Assembly (NCBI GenBank): GCA_040767195.1
Contig: JAXGPA010000005.1
Location: forward strand, 81,426 to 145,425
From: Syntrophales bacterium
GTDB lineage: Bacteria; Desulfobacterota; Syntrophia; Syntrophales; UBA6807
Length of the DNA: 64,000 nt
Reading direction: 5' to 3'
The notes below the pieces were generated by a model. It did not search any database. It saw only the letters and a list, made by a program, of their open reading frames with translations, and was not told the DNA's origin. Shown one piece after another: positions 1-9,464 of this stretch; position 1 is the stretch's first letter, and each line of letters begins with the position of its first letter. A program made the position numbers and the translations under genes.

Positions 1-109
1 CCGGTGCCGGGTCCCACGTGGGGATTTTCAGGATCAGCGTCGAGAGGAGAACGCTCCACAGAAATATCCAGAAAAGCAATTTCCGGGAGATTTTTTTATC
101 CCTTTTCAT
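1..109 (-). CDS. 5' end of a membrane or exported protein (runs off the left edge of the window)
   Basis: ATG at 109 preceded by AGGAG; reads MKRDKKISRKLLFWIFLWSVLLSTLILKIPTWDPAP... (basic N-terminus, then hydrophobic stretch); open to the window edge. Confidence 0.6.
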   Translation of the reverse strand, partial: MKRDKKISRKLLFWIFLWSVLLSTLILKIPTWDPAP

Positions 110-374
110 GTTCTTTTCTCCTGCTTCTCTTTTCGAATATCCGGGGGGCTTTCAGGCCGGCTTTTTGCAGCCCTTCCCGGGACCGGCCGCCCTCCCGTCC
201 CCGGTTTTGCCCGGGGGGCTCTTGTATAACAGGCCGAAGTTCATTTCAATAAAAAGGTTTATTTCCGCCCGTTGCCGGGTTTCCGGAAATGAAGACAGGC
301 CCGGGGAAAACGGTATGTTCTCTCCCCGGGCCTGCTTTTTATGATAGAAGGCTTGTCCTGAAACGGGTAACGGG

Positions 375-1481
375 TCACTCCATCCTGACCCCGTAGACAT
401 CGAACCGCATGCTGATGTGGCCGTGCCAGCTGTCCGGGTAAAACCGGACGTACCGGGCCGGGAAAGGGTCGGTGAGGTCATGGCGGACCGTCGTGTTCCG
501 GTCCCGGTTCCCGTCAAACATGACGTCCCTGCCATCCTGCCGGTAAAAGGACCAGTTTCGCCCGTCCAGGCTGTACCCGATCCGGTAGGCCGTGACCCAC
601 TGGTCCCAGCTGTGCCGTCCCTGGGTGGCCACGGCCTTGACCTTGACGATCGATCCGAGGTCCACCTGGATCCACTGATCCTTGTTGTTTGCGGCGGCGG
701 ACCAGTTTGCCTCCTTCGACGTATCGTTCAGCCGGGCATTCTGAGGCCTGTAGCCCACATGGTTGTTCGCCCAGACGGAAGACGCGCTGAAGGCCCCGGG
801 CGGCAGCCCGGCGACGAGGGGCTCCACTGGCAGGAGGTTCTCCCGGTTCTGGGAGACGGATAGGATTTCGATGGGGTAGATGGTGCCGGTAAACCGGACG
901 CAGTAGGTGTCCGTGTCGGGGATGAAACCGGACTCGGTATACTGGACGTTGTGGACAAGGGGGAGAAGGTGTTTCCACGGAAGGCCTTCCAGGTTCCGGT
1001 CGTAGTTCACCAGGGCCTTTACGAGCGTCTCTTCTTTCGCGTAAGTCATCATCTCGCTTACGGACATCTTTTTTTCCGAGGTGCAGTGCTTGCGGCCGAT
1101 CTTCAGGGGCTTGAACTTTTCCCGGTCCTCCTCGGTGACATAGGCTTCGATCTGGACGCAGACGTCGCCGAAATTCCTCCCGTTGGAATAAAGGGGATCG
1201 CCCTTCACTCTCACGAGCCCCGCCGAGCTGGCCTGGATCCGGTCTTCCGAAAGGGTGAAGTTCTCGACTTTCGTATAGGAGCTGATGAGTTCTCCGAAAA
1301 GTTCTCCCACGGCCATCCGCTGGGCCCCGGCGAGAAGCTCCCGTTTCAGATTGTCGGGGGTTGACGGGTAGCCGATGGCCGTCATGCAGAAATTTTTCTT
1401 AACCACGTCGTCGGCCCCGGCGGGAACGGGAACGAATAATGACAGGATCAGCGCTAAAACGAGAAGAAATGCTTTTCTCAC
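375..1481 (-). CDS. Secreted protein with C-terminal F5/8 type C (discoidin) domain
   Basis: Signal peptide MRKAFLLVLALILSLF..AGA; discoidin motifs WIQVDLG, VATQGR, WVTAY.I.YS.DG, ARYVRFYP, ISMRFDVYG; GTG start with AGGAGG RBS. Confidence 0.85.
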   Translation of the reverse strand: MRKAFLLVLALILSLFVPVPAGADDVVKKNFCMTAIGYPSTPDNLKRELLAGAQRMAVGELFGELISSYTKVENFTLSEDRIQASSAGLVRVKGDPLYSNGRNFGDVCVQIEAYVTEEDREKFKPLKIGRKHCTSEKKMSVSEMMTYAKEETLVKALVNYDRNLEGLPWKHLLPLVHNVQYTESGFIPDTDTYCVRFTGTIYPIEILSVSQNRENLLPVEPLVAGLPPGAFSASSVWANNHVGYRPQNARLNDTSKEANWSAAANNKDQWIQVDLGSIVKVKAVATQGRHSWDQWVTAYRIGYSLDGRNWSFYRQDGRDVMFDGNRDRNTTVRHDLTDPFPARYVRFYPDSWHGHISMRFDVYGVRME

Positions 1482-1663
1482 GGGTTCATCCTCCTTTTTG
1501 TTTTTCCAGGGGCAGGACGTAAAAATAGTTTTTTCAGGTTCACCTTAGAATGATCATTTTTCTGTGTCAAGGCGGCTGTCATTTTTTGCCGCCGTCCCGA
1601 TTGCGGGGTGGCGTTTCCCGGGCCGGTACACGGAAAGCTCGGAGTTCTTCAGGGCCCTTTGCG

Positions 1664-2410
1664 CTATGGCCGCTCCATCATCCAAAGGATCCGCTGACAG
1701 GTGGCCGGCATATCCCCGGGCTTCACCTCCATGGTGATGGTCGACCGGTAGTTCCGGTCCTTCAGGAGGGTCAGGATCCGCGGATAATCGACGACGCCGT
1801 CGCCCAGGGGCAGGTGGAGGTCGTCTTTGACGGACGTTCCGCCCAGGTTGTCGTGAACGTGAACGTGGGCGATCCTGTCGAAGCCGTGTTCGATGAAACC
1901 GAAGGACGTGTTTTCCCGGGAAAGAAGCTCCCCATGGCCGATATCGAGGGTCATTCTCAGGTCCGGGATGGCTTCGAACAGGGGTGCGAAGCTGTCGTAC
2001 CGCTCGCTCAGGTTCTCCAGGCACAGGGTGATCCCGGCGTCCGCCGCCCGGGACACCATCTCGTGAAGCAGGCCTGTTTTCGCCTTCGCCGTACCCGGGT
2101 CCATCCAGCGGCGGTCCATCCAGAAATGAAGGGTTCCCTTGCCGATGCCAAGCCGGCGGGACAGTTCCAGGAGGCGGGCCATCCGGGGCAGAAAGCGCTC
2201 CTTCAGGACAACGGGGTCGGTGGGGTCGTCTTCGTTGGGGTAATGGGCAAGATAGTCTATGCCCGCCTCGTCCCGGATTTCCAGGAGTTCCTCCATTTGC
2301 CGCTCCACTTCGGACGGATGATCCAGGGAAATTTCAGCGAAGGGATATCCCAGCGCGATGACTTCTCGAAGCTCCGACAGGGTGTGGGCGCGGCCGCCGA
2401 TGGTCCACAT
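1664..2410 (-). CDS. Sugar phosphate isomerase/epimerase family (AP endonuclease 2 TIM barrel)
   Basis: Metal-binding motifs LCLEN, TLDIGH, HVHVHDN, DLHLPLGDG, TMEV. Confidence 0.85.
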   Translation of the reverse strand: MWTIGGRAHTLSELREVIALGYPFAEISLDHPSEVERQMEELLEIRDEAGIDYLAHYPNEDDPTDPVVLKERFLPRMARLLELSRRLGIGKGTLHFWMDRRWMDPGTAKAKTGLLHEMVSRAADAGITLCLENLSERYDSFAPLFEAIPDLRMTLDIGHGELLSRENTSFGFIEHGFDRIAHVHVHDNLGGTSVKDDLHLPLGDGVVDYPRILTLLKDRNYRSTITMEVKPGDMPATCQRILWMMERP

Positions 2411-2423
2411 GGGCTTTTCTCCT

Positions 2424-4961
2424 TCAAGGATTTTCGGGAAGAAGGGGTTCGATGAGCCTGACGGGCAGCTTGAGCGTCCTTTCCAGGATGCCCAGGAGAC
2501 CGGCCCCCACCGCCGAGGGCTCCAGGGGGATCACGGAAGGGTTTTTCAGGTTTCCCGTGACCCGGACGGGGATGGCGACGAGGTTCCCGCCGAGAATGTC
2601 CCGGATGACGGGAATATGCTTCACAACGAAGTCGGCCGTCTTAAGGGGGGCCACGGCGACGGTGACGTCCATCGTTTCCGACGGGAGGTCGATCTTTCCG
2701 GTGAAGGCGATCTCGACGGAAGCGCCGTCGATGACGCCTTCCTCGATGAGACAGATGCCGTTTTCGAAGACGGCCCTGACAAGGGCGCTGTCGTAGGCGA
2801 ATCCCTCCGCGACGATGTCGGGAAGTTTGCCCCGGAGGATTTCCGTGACGTTGACCACCGCCAGGATCCTGGCGAGGAGGTTCATCCGGTAAATCCGGCC
2901 CTTTTCCGCCGTTCCCCGGGCCGTTCCGGAGAGGGAGGCAAGAAGGTCCCTGCCCCGTCCAGTCATCCGGATGTCGCCGTCCCCGCTCAGGGTTCCCGAG
3001 GCGAGCCGGGAATCACCGAAAAGGCAGGAAAGGGTTTCTTCCAGGGGCTGCCCGGCGGCGCTCGGCCTCATGTGAAGGGAAAAGCCGTCCGGCCCGTAAA
3101 GGAGCGTCCCCGGGGTGGAGATCCCGCAGAGCCGGCTTTTGCGCACGGTCGTGGACACCTGTCTCCCCGCGATCGCGACATCCGCCTCGAAAGGCCGCCA
3201 GGCCAGGGACCCGTAGCGGAGCGTTTTCAGGGAAACGGAAACGGTTCCCCTTATGGGGGGCTGCCGCAAGGCGTTTCCTTTCACCGGGACGCCTTCATTT
3301 TTTCCATCCAGGCCCGGCAGTTCCTCCCACCGGATCTCGTCGCCTTCGATCTCCAGGTCGAGGTCGACCCCTTCTTCTCCCGTTCCGACGCTCCCCTTAA
3401 GAACCAGGGGCTTCCCGTCCAGTTCGAGAACCGCCTGTACAAGGTGGAGTCCGTCCCTGTCGAAGGCGAGGGGCGCCGAGAGGACGTGGAGGGTCGAACC
3501 TTCGGCAAGGGGAACGGTCAGGCCTTCGATGACCGCTTTCCCCTCCAGGGAGGAACGCCACCAGGCCCGGGGTACCACGGTGCCGCGGATGCGACCGTCG
3601 AGCGTTCCGCCGAGCCACGGGGGGGTGACGAAGACGCGGCTCAGGGTCGCCGCCGCGAGTCGTCCCCGGTAGGAAAAAACGGATTTTCCCTTTTCCATCG
3701 CCATGTCCAGAAAGGCCCGGCGCGGCCCGTCGTGGATCTCCAGTTTTTCGATGCGGAAGCCTTCCGGGGGAAAGGCCATGACGAGGTCGAATCGGGGTCC
3801 TTTCTCGATGGCCACCCCTTCCAGGGAGAGACCGCGGGAAGCGTCGTCCCAGCGGACCCTCCCGTCGGACACGGTGAGGGGATGCCGGAAGCCGGCGCCT
3901 TCCGGGAGACCGGCCAGCCGGGAGAGCCAAAGGGCTTCATCCTTCCCTATGGAGCCCTTTATTTTCGTGTCGAGCACCATTCTCCCGGAGAAGAGACCCT
4001 TGAGAGAGCCGTCGAGAGCGAACCGGCTGCCTCCCAGGGCGGCCTGGGAACCGTGGAGGGAGATTTCCCCCTCTTTCAGCGCCGCCCGCCCCCCGGACAG
4101 CCGGACCTCCCCGGGAAGGTCTTCCCAGGAAAAGGAGGCCCTGTCCAGGGTTCCCGAGGCCCTGCACCGCCAGTCTCCAGGGTCCTGGAGGGGCCCGTCC
4201 CAGGAGACGGTCATGTCTTCGAACACAGCCTTCCCGTCATGGAAACCTTCCTGCCCGTTCCCGTCGTCCTTTCCCCGGGGTGTGTCCCCGAAGGCTCCCT
4301 CGACCAGGCCCGCCTTCACCGTTCCCGAGATGCGGTTGGAGGAGGGTAGCGCCTCGACGCCGCCGGGAGGCGGGTTACCGGGAAGGGTCAACGCGAGGTC
4401 CGCGGTGACCGCCGCGGCTGTCACGGTGACCGGGCCGCTGATCTCGAATCGCCCCCCTCGAATGGTGATTTGCCCGGGGAGGGTTTTCCCGGGAATCGTC
4501 GTCCCGTCCTTCAGAAAAGAGAGGGGGGAAAAGGGGTCTTCCTTTCCCCCGGGGGAACCCCGGCCGGCAAGGGTGACCCGAACATCGGGGTCTTCCAGGA
4601 CAAGCGCCGCGATTTCGACCCGGCCGGCGAGAAGAGAGCGCCCTTTCAGGGTTGCGGCAAGCCGCCTGGCCTTCCCCTGGTAATTTTCCGGTGAGGCCAC
4701 CTCGAGATTGTGAAACGCCAAGGCGGGCGCCGGAAAAAAAGAGAGCGCGATCCTTTCGCAGGTGACTGTTCCACCGATTTGCCGGGACAGTCCGTCAAGG
4801 ATTCGGTTTTTGACGGGTTCCATGTTGGCGAGCCGGGGCGTCAGGAAGAGAAGGATGCCCAGGAGGGCCAGGAGAACCCCTAGAACCGCGGCCAGACGAA
4901 CCGTCAGGTTTCTTCCGTAGGTTCCCGTTCCCGCGGACTTTTCTCGCGTTTTTCCGGTCAT
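2424..4961 (-). CDS. AsmA-family membrane-anchored protein
   Basis: N-terminal TM anchor, beta-rich Gly-containing body, AsmA-like C-terminal region (G.IDL....DVTVAVAPL..IPVI..ILGG...V.V.G.L.NP). Confidence 0.75.
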   Translation of the reverse strand: MTGKTREKSAGTGTYGRNLTVRLAAVLGVLLALLGILLFLTPRLANMEPVKNRILDGLSRQIGGTVTCERIALSFFPAPALAFHNLEVASPENYQGKARRLAATLKGRSLLAGRVEIAALVLEDPDVRVTLAGRGSPGGKEDPFSPLSFLKDGTTIPGKTLPGQITIRGGRFEISGPVTVTAAAVTADLALTLPGNPPPGGVEALPSSNRISGTVKAGLVEGAFGDTPRGKDDGNGQEGFHDGKAVFEDMTVSWDGPLQDPGDWRCRASGTLDRASFSWEDLPGEVRLSGGRAALKEGEISLHGSQAALGGSRFALDGSLKGLFSGRMVLDTKIKGSIGKDEALWLSRLAGLPEGAGFRHPLTVSDGRVRWDDASRGLSLEGVAIEKGPRFDLVMAFPPEGFRIEKLEIHDGPRRAFLDMAMEKGKSVFSYRGRLAAATLSRVFVTPPWLGGTLDGRIRGTVVPRAWWRSSLEGKAVIEGLTVPLAEGSTLHVLSAPLAFDRDGLHLVQAVLELDGKPLVLKGSVGTGEEGVDLDLEIEGDEIRWEELPGLDGKNEGVPVKGNALRQPPIRGTVSVSLKTLRYGSLAWRPFEADVAIAGRQVSTTVRKSRLCGISTPGTLLYGPDGFSLHMRPSAAGQPLEETLSCLFGDSRLASGTLSGDGDIRMTGRGRDLLASLSGTARGTAEKGRIYRMNLLARILAVVNVTEILRGKLPDIVAEGFAYDSALVRAVFENGICLIEEGVIDGASVEIAFTGKIDLPSETMDVTVAVAPLKTADFVVKHIPVIRDILGGNLVAIPVRVTGNLKNPSVIPLEPSAVGAGLLGILERTLKLPVRLIEPLLPENP

Positions 4962-6412
4962 TTCTTCCCTTTGGGGACGGTCCCTCGATTCTTCACGGGG
5001 TTACGAGAGGGGACATCGCCCGATTCCTGTTCCTTCCGGATGGATTGAAACTTGCCCATGGTTTCCCCCCGTCTTTCGATTTTGTCGACGAGGGTGACGC
5101 GGACGGACGGCGCTTCCACACCGAGAGAGGCCAGTTCCCGTTCCAGGAAGTTTCGGATTTTGCCGGGGATGTCCTTTTTCCCCGGGCCGTCGCCGGCGAC
5201 CACCCGGACCCGGAGGGTCTCGCCGTGCTGAACGACCTGGTATTCCTTCACCTCCTGCAGTTCGTCCAGGTAACCCCGGAAAACGATGGGGGGAACAGCG
5301 ATTTTTCCGCCCGCCGTCCCTTTCAGGAAAAGCGTCTCGTCGTTCCGGCCCTCGATGGCCTTGACGAGGCGGAAGGGGCGTCCGCAGGGGCAGGGGCGGG
5401 GAGACAGGGTGAGGATGTCGGAAATCTCGTAGCGGATGAGGGGTTGTGTGTATTGGTAAAGATTGGTGAAGAAAATTTTGTGTCCCCGCTGACCCGCCGG
5501 GACGGGCTTTCCCTCTTCATCGACGGTTTCGTAAATTCCAAGATCCTCGAAGAGGTGAATTCCCTGGTGCCGGGTACAGGCGATGCCGAGAACGCCCTCG
5601 GTGGCGCTGTAACTGTTGAAAGGGATGATGTTCCAGGCCCGGCGGATTTTTTCGACGGTTTTCCCCGGCAGGGGTTCCGCCCCAGTGACCATGACCCGCG
5701 GCGAAATACGAAGCCGCCCGGCGGTCTGCTCATGGGCGAGAAGGGAGGCCACCGATGGGTAGGTGTGAATGTATTCGGGCATGAAGGCGTTCATTTCCCT
5801 GACCAGGTCTTCCAGGGGCGCCGTCGCCTCGAGGCGCTGATAGAAACGATGATCCACCTCCCGGCTGATGGCCCGTCGATAACTCAGGTGAAGGGGGTTG
5901 CCCGCGCCGATGGAGGTGATCCGCATTTTCCGATCCGCCGGGAGATCCATGAAGCGGGAGGCCCGGGTGACGCTTCCGTGTAGGTGCCGCCATAGGAGGC
6001 GGTCGTAGAGAAAGACGCCCTTGTGGCCCGAGCTCCCCGCCGTGGTCAGGACCCGGTATTTCCCCAGGTAGTAGTCGTCTTCCCTGAGCGTCTCCATGTA
6101 ACGCCTGATCTTCTCGAGCCTGAGCCGGCGGTCCGTCACGACCTCGTCGAAGTGCTCCATGATAAGGGACTTGGTGACCGGGGGAAGGTCTTCCAGCGTC
6201 GAGCCGGGCCCGATTCCACGGGACCGGTAAAGATCCCTGTAAAATGGGGAGTGATTCACGGCGTGAGACACGAGGTCGTGAAGGGCTTTCTCCTGGTGGC
6301 GCCGGAGGGTCTCGCCGTCCCACCATTCGCGGGCCTTGAAGACCGGTTCCATGGCTCTCGCCCCCTCGACGTCTTCCCGCCTTTTTTTTCTGTTTTCCTC
6401 TTGCGTTGTCAT
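4958..6412 (-). CDS. Phenylacetate-CoA ligase family adenylate-forming enzyme (start may be 6352)
   Basis: SPFYR, LPPVTK, P-loop TTAGSSG, YSATEG, PLIRYEISD, CPCGR, IEGR. Confidence 0.8.
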   Translation of the reverse strand: MTTQEENRKKRREDVEGARAMEPVFKAREWWDGETLRRHQEKALHDLVSHAVNHSPFYRDLYRSRGIGPGSTLEDLPPVTKSLIMEHFDEVVTDRRLRLEKIRRYMETLREDDYYLGKYRVLTTAGSSGHKGVFLYDRLLWRHLHGSVTRASRFMDLPADRKMRITSIGAGNPLHLSYRRAISREVDHRFYQRLEATAPLEDLVREMNAFMPEYIHTYPSVASLLAHEQTAGRLRISPRVMVTGAEPLPGKTVEKIRRAWNIIPFNSYSATEGVLGIACTRHQGIHLFEDLGIYETVDEEGKPVPAGQRGHKIFFTNLYQYTQPLIRYEISDILTLSPRPCPCGRPFRLVKAIEGRNDETLFLKGTAGGKIAVPPIVFRGYLDELQEVKEYQVVQHGETLRVRVVAGDGPGKKDIPGKIRNFLERELASLGVEAPSVRVTLVDKIERRGETMGKFQSIRKEQESGDVPSRNPVKNRGTVPKGKK

Positions 6413-6642
6413 GGTGAAATTATACTTGCCGGGACTGGAAAAATCAAAAAAGGGCTTCGCTGGTAAAATGTCGCCGATCTTTAGCCTTTTCAAGAGGCCG
6501 CCGATGGAGTAGAAAGAAAAGCGGCGCCCGGGGTTTTCCAGCGGAACGGGAAGAGCTCGGCGCGGCGGCGGAGGCAGGGGCGTCGGTCCGGGCGGCCCCG
6601 GGGAGTTGAATGAAAAATTTCATGCGGGAAAACGGAGCAGGA

Positions 6643-7626
6643 ATGGACTGTGAACTCATCGTCGGCGGCGCGGGATACGTCGGTTCCCATGTGAACAAGT
6701 ACCTTGCGGGGAGGGGCCACCAAACGGTGGTTTACGACAACCTGGTATACGGTCACCGGGACTTCGTAAGGTGGGGGGACTTCGTGGAGGGGGACCTGGC
6801 GGACCTTGAAGCCCTTCGATCCTGTTTCCGTCGTTATCCTATCCGGTCTGTCATGCATTTCGGCGCCTTCGCCTATGTGGGGGAGTCCGTTTCCGATCCC
6901 GGGAAATACTATCAGAATAACGTGGCCAACACCCTGAACCTGTTATCCGTCACGCGGGAGTTCGGCGTCCGTTTTGTCATCTTTTCGTCAAGCTGTGCCG
7001 TTTACGGGATACCCCGGGAGATCCCCCTGACGGAAACCCATCCAACGGACCCCATCAACCCTTATGGGCGGACCAAGCGGATAATCGAGATGGCCCTCGA
7101 GGACTACGCCCGGGCTTACGGGATAAGGTACGTGAATCTTCGTTATTTCAACGCCGCCGGCGCCGATCCGGAGGCGGAAATCGGCGAGTGGCACGACCCG
7201 GAAACGCATCTCATTCCCCTGGTTCTCGAGGCGGCCCTGGGCCGCAGGGAAGACGTGAAGATTTTCGGGACGGACTACGAAACGGCCGATGGAACCTGCA
7301 TTCGGGACTACATTCACGTCATGGACCTGGCCGCGGCCCACGCCCTGGCCCTGGAGAGGCTGATCCGCGGCGGTGGGAGCGACACCTTCAACCTGGGAAA
7401 CGGAAAGGGCTTTTCCGTCCGCCAGGTGATCGACGCGGCCCGGCGGGTCACGGGGAAAGACATCCCGTCCCGGGAGGCGCCCCGGCGGGACGGTGACCCC
7501 CCGGTCCTTGTCGGGAGTTCCGACAAGGCGAGGCGCGTCCTGGGCTGGGAGGCACGGTACGACGACCTGGAAACCATCGTCGAGACGGCCTGGCGGTGGC
7601 AGCAGGTCCTGGAGTCCCGCCGGTAG
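6643..7626 (+). CDS. galE: UDP-glucose 4-epimerase
   Basis: GGAGYVGSH, YVGES, FSSSCAVYG, YGRTK, LRYFNAAGA, RDYIHV.DLA. Confidence 0.95.
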   Translation: MDCELIVGGAGYVGSHVNKYLAGRGHQTVVYDNLVYGHRDFVRWGDFVEGDLADLEALRSCFRRYPIRSVMHFGAFAYVGESVSDPGKYYQNNVANTLNLLSVTREFGVRFVIFSSSCAVYGIPREIPLTETHPTDPINPYGRTKRIIEMALEDYARAYGIRYVNLRYFNAAGADPEAEIGEWHDPETHLIPLVLEAALGRREDVKIFGTDYETADGTCIRDYIHVMDLAAAHALALERLIRGGGSDTFNLGNGKGFSVRQVIDAARRVTGKDIPSREAPRRDGDPPVLVGSSDKARRVLGWEARYDDLETIVETAWRWQQVLESRR

Positions 7627-7696
7627 GGCGTTCAGGAGCGGATGATCCGGGTCCGGACGGGCGGGAATGAGAAGGCCGTCATTTATGATCGGCTGC

Positions 7697-8074
7697 TCAT
7701 CGGGCGGCAAGGGGCGTAACGATGTGGAAGACACCCCCGTCGGTGTAGAAAAAGATCTCGTGGCCCGTCACATCCAGGCTTTTTCCCTCCGGAAGGGCAA
7801 CGGGAACGATTTCCACCGCCTCGATCCGGTGCCAGAGATTTTCCACCTGGATGCGGACGACCATCCCGTCCGGGTTCCGCTCGTAAGGCACCTGGTAGGC
7901 ATCGAGGACGTGGGTCAGAAAACGGTTTTTTAATGCCGTCACCTCCACCCCCCGCTGCTCCAAAGCCCGGATCTGACCGTAACCGTCGGCGCGGTCCGCG
8001 GCGGGAGCAAGGGCCGGGAAAGAAAGACATACGAAAAGGGACACGAGGCAGGCCAAAAGCAGCTTTTTTCTCAT
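7697..8074 (-). CDS. Hypothetical exported protein
   Basis: Signal peptide MRKKLLLACLVSLFVCLSFPALA; start overlaps the upstream gene's stop (ATGA coupling). Confidence 0.7.
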   Translation of the reverse strand: MRKKLLLACLVSLFVCLSFPALAPAADRADGYGQIRALEQRGVEVTALKNRFLTHVLDAYQVPYERNPDGMVVRIQVENLWHRIEAVEIVPVALPEGKSLDVTGHEIFFYTDGGVFHIVTPLAAR

Positions 8075-8814
8075 GACAGGGATCCTTCCTTCACCCTAAA
8101 TTCTCCCAATCCCCTCTCTCGCGACGAATCCCGGCGGCTCGTGTTTTCCGGGGCCTTTGGCCGTAACTCCCCGGTGATCCTTTTTCGTGTTCCCGCGGCG
8201 TCGGTAAAGACGGCGGACAGGACGTCCCAGCGCCCGTTCTCGAGGGCCAGCCTGATCCGGACATCCGTTTCCCCTTTCGGCCCTTTCACGTGGATTTTCA
8301 GGTCCGCCGTGCCCCGCCCCCGGCTTGTCTGAACCGATCCGGCGGGAAACAGCCCGAAGCGCAGGGGGCTTCCCACGGCCTCCCGGATTTCTTCACTGTT
8401 CCGGATGAACGACTCGGCCGTCCGGTAGGCTTCCGACGCCTTGACGACGTAAAGGATTCCCGCGAGGAGGCCTATGGTCAGAAGAACCATGAGGATCAGT
8501 CCCGTGACCATGAACCGGAGGACTTTCCCTTTCGCCGGGGGGATCTTGGTCTTGCTTTCGGGAGCGGCGGGTTTTTTTTCTTCCCCGAGAGGCTGAGCGT
8601 AAAGGGGGGCGCGGCATTTGACGCAGAGATCCTGACCCGCCTGCTCGTAGCCGCAGGCGGGGCAGCGGACTTTTTCCGGGGAGGGCGCGGTGGCGCCCAC
8701 GTCTATCGTTGTCCGGTACCCGCAGTGCCGGCAGGTGACGGCGATGGAGGGCCTTCGCCACCTGCGCTGCCTCACCTCGTTTACTTTTCCGCAATTGGAA
8801 CAGATGATGATCAT
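8071..8814 (-). CDS. Zinc-ribbon membrane protein with Coa1-like extracytoplasmic domain
   Basis: Four CxxC pairs (CSNC, CRHC, CPAC, CVKC), one TM helix, then S.AY..A...I......EAVG.P..G.ADL.I.V.GPKG pattern. Confidence 0.65.
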   Translation of the reverse strand: MIIICSNCGKVNEVRQRRWRRPSIAVTCRHCGYRTTIDVGATAPSPEKVRCPACGYEQAGQDLCVKCRAPLYAQPLGEEKKPAAPESKTKIPPAKGKVLRFMVTGLILMVLLTIGLLAGILYVVKASEAYRTAESFIRNSEEIREAVGSPLRFGLFPAGSVQTSRGRGTADLKIHVKGPKGETDVRIRLALENGRWDVLSAVFTDAAGTRKRITGELRPKAPENTSRRDSSRERGLGEFRVKEGSLS

Positions 8815-9050
8815 GGTAACCTTTTACCTGGTTTTTTCCTGTTCCCGGGTTCGTGGTGCCCTGTTCAGAAAATTAACACAAACGATTTCAACAGGCAAGC
8901 GCTTCCCGGGAAAAGCGGTGGGGGAGACGGGGGAAAGATCTTGCGGTGACGGCCATGTTCCATTATAGTTGTCGAACATGTAAAAATGTCTTGTTGTGTT
9001 TTTCAGGAAAAGCCGCACCGGTTGTACAATTCAGCTTTGAGGAGAAACCC

Positions 9051-9464
9051 ATGAGCGGCAGAATGGTCCGTGTCCTGCTGGCGAAATTCGGAAAAAGCGA
9101 CGAGGGGGACCTGTGGCGGATGGCGAGAAATATCCGCGATGCCGGCGAGGAAGCCATATACACGGAGTCCCAGAAACCGGAGGTCATTGTCGGCGCCGCC
9201 GTCCAGGAGTCGGTGGACTACATCGCCATCGCCGCTTCTCCCGGAACGGATCTTTCCCTGTTCAGGCGGGTCATGGAGCTCCTGCGGAAGGCGGAAGCGA
9301 CGGATATCTTCGTGTCGGCGGGCGGCGAGCTCAGTGAAGAGGAACAGGAATTTCTGAAGAGGGAAGGCGTTCACTCCTTTTTTCCAACCAACGGGGATCA
9401 CGACGATCTCGTCGACTGGATCCGGGGTCATTTCACGGAACCGCTCGACCCCCCCGTTTCCTGA
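9051..9464 (+). CDS. Stand-alone methylmalonyl-CoA mutase C-terminal-like (cobalamin-binding fold) protein lacking the His ligand
   Basis: RVLLAK.G...R.RDAG.E.IYT...PE.IV.AAVQE.VD, AGG, GV..FF align with B12-binding subunits; GAGGAG RBS. Confidence 0.75.
   Translation: MSGRMVRVLLAKFGKSDEGDLWRMARNIRDAGEEAIYTESQKPEVIVGAAVQESVDYIAIAASPGTDLSLFRRVMELLRKAEATDIFVSAGGELSEEEQEFLKREGVHSFFPTNGDHDDLVDWIRGHFTEPLDPPVS

Noticed and set aside
2358..4349. 663-aa plus-strand ORF, and similar long shadow ORFs (17939-19759 +, 20937-22403 -, 29204-31072 -, 36933-38480 -, 61478-62764 -)
   Set aside because: All are antisense to well-supported genes, have no recognisable motifs, and are expected in high-GC coding DNA
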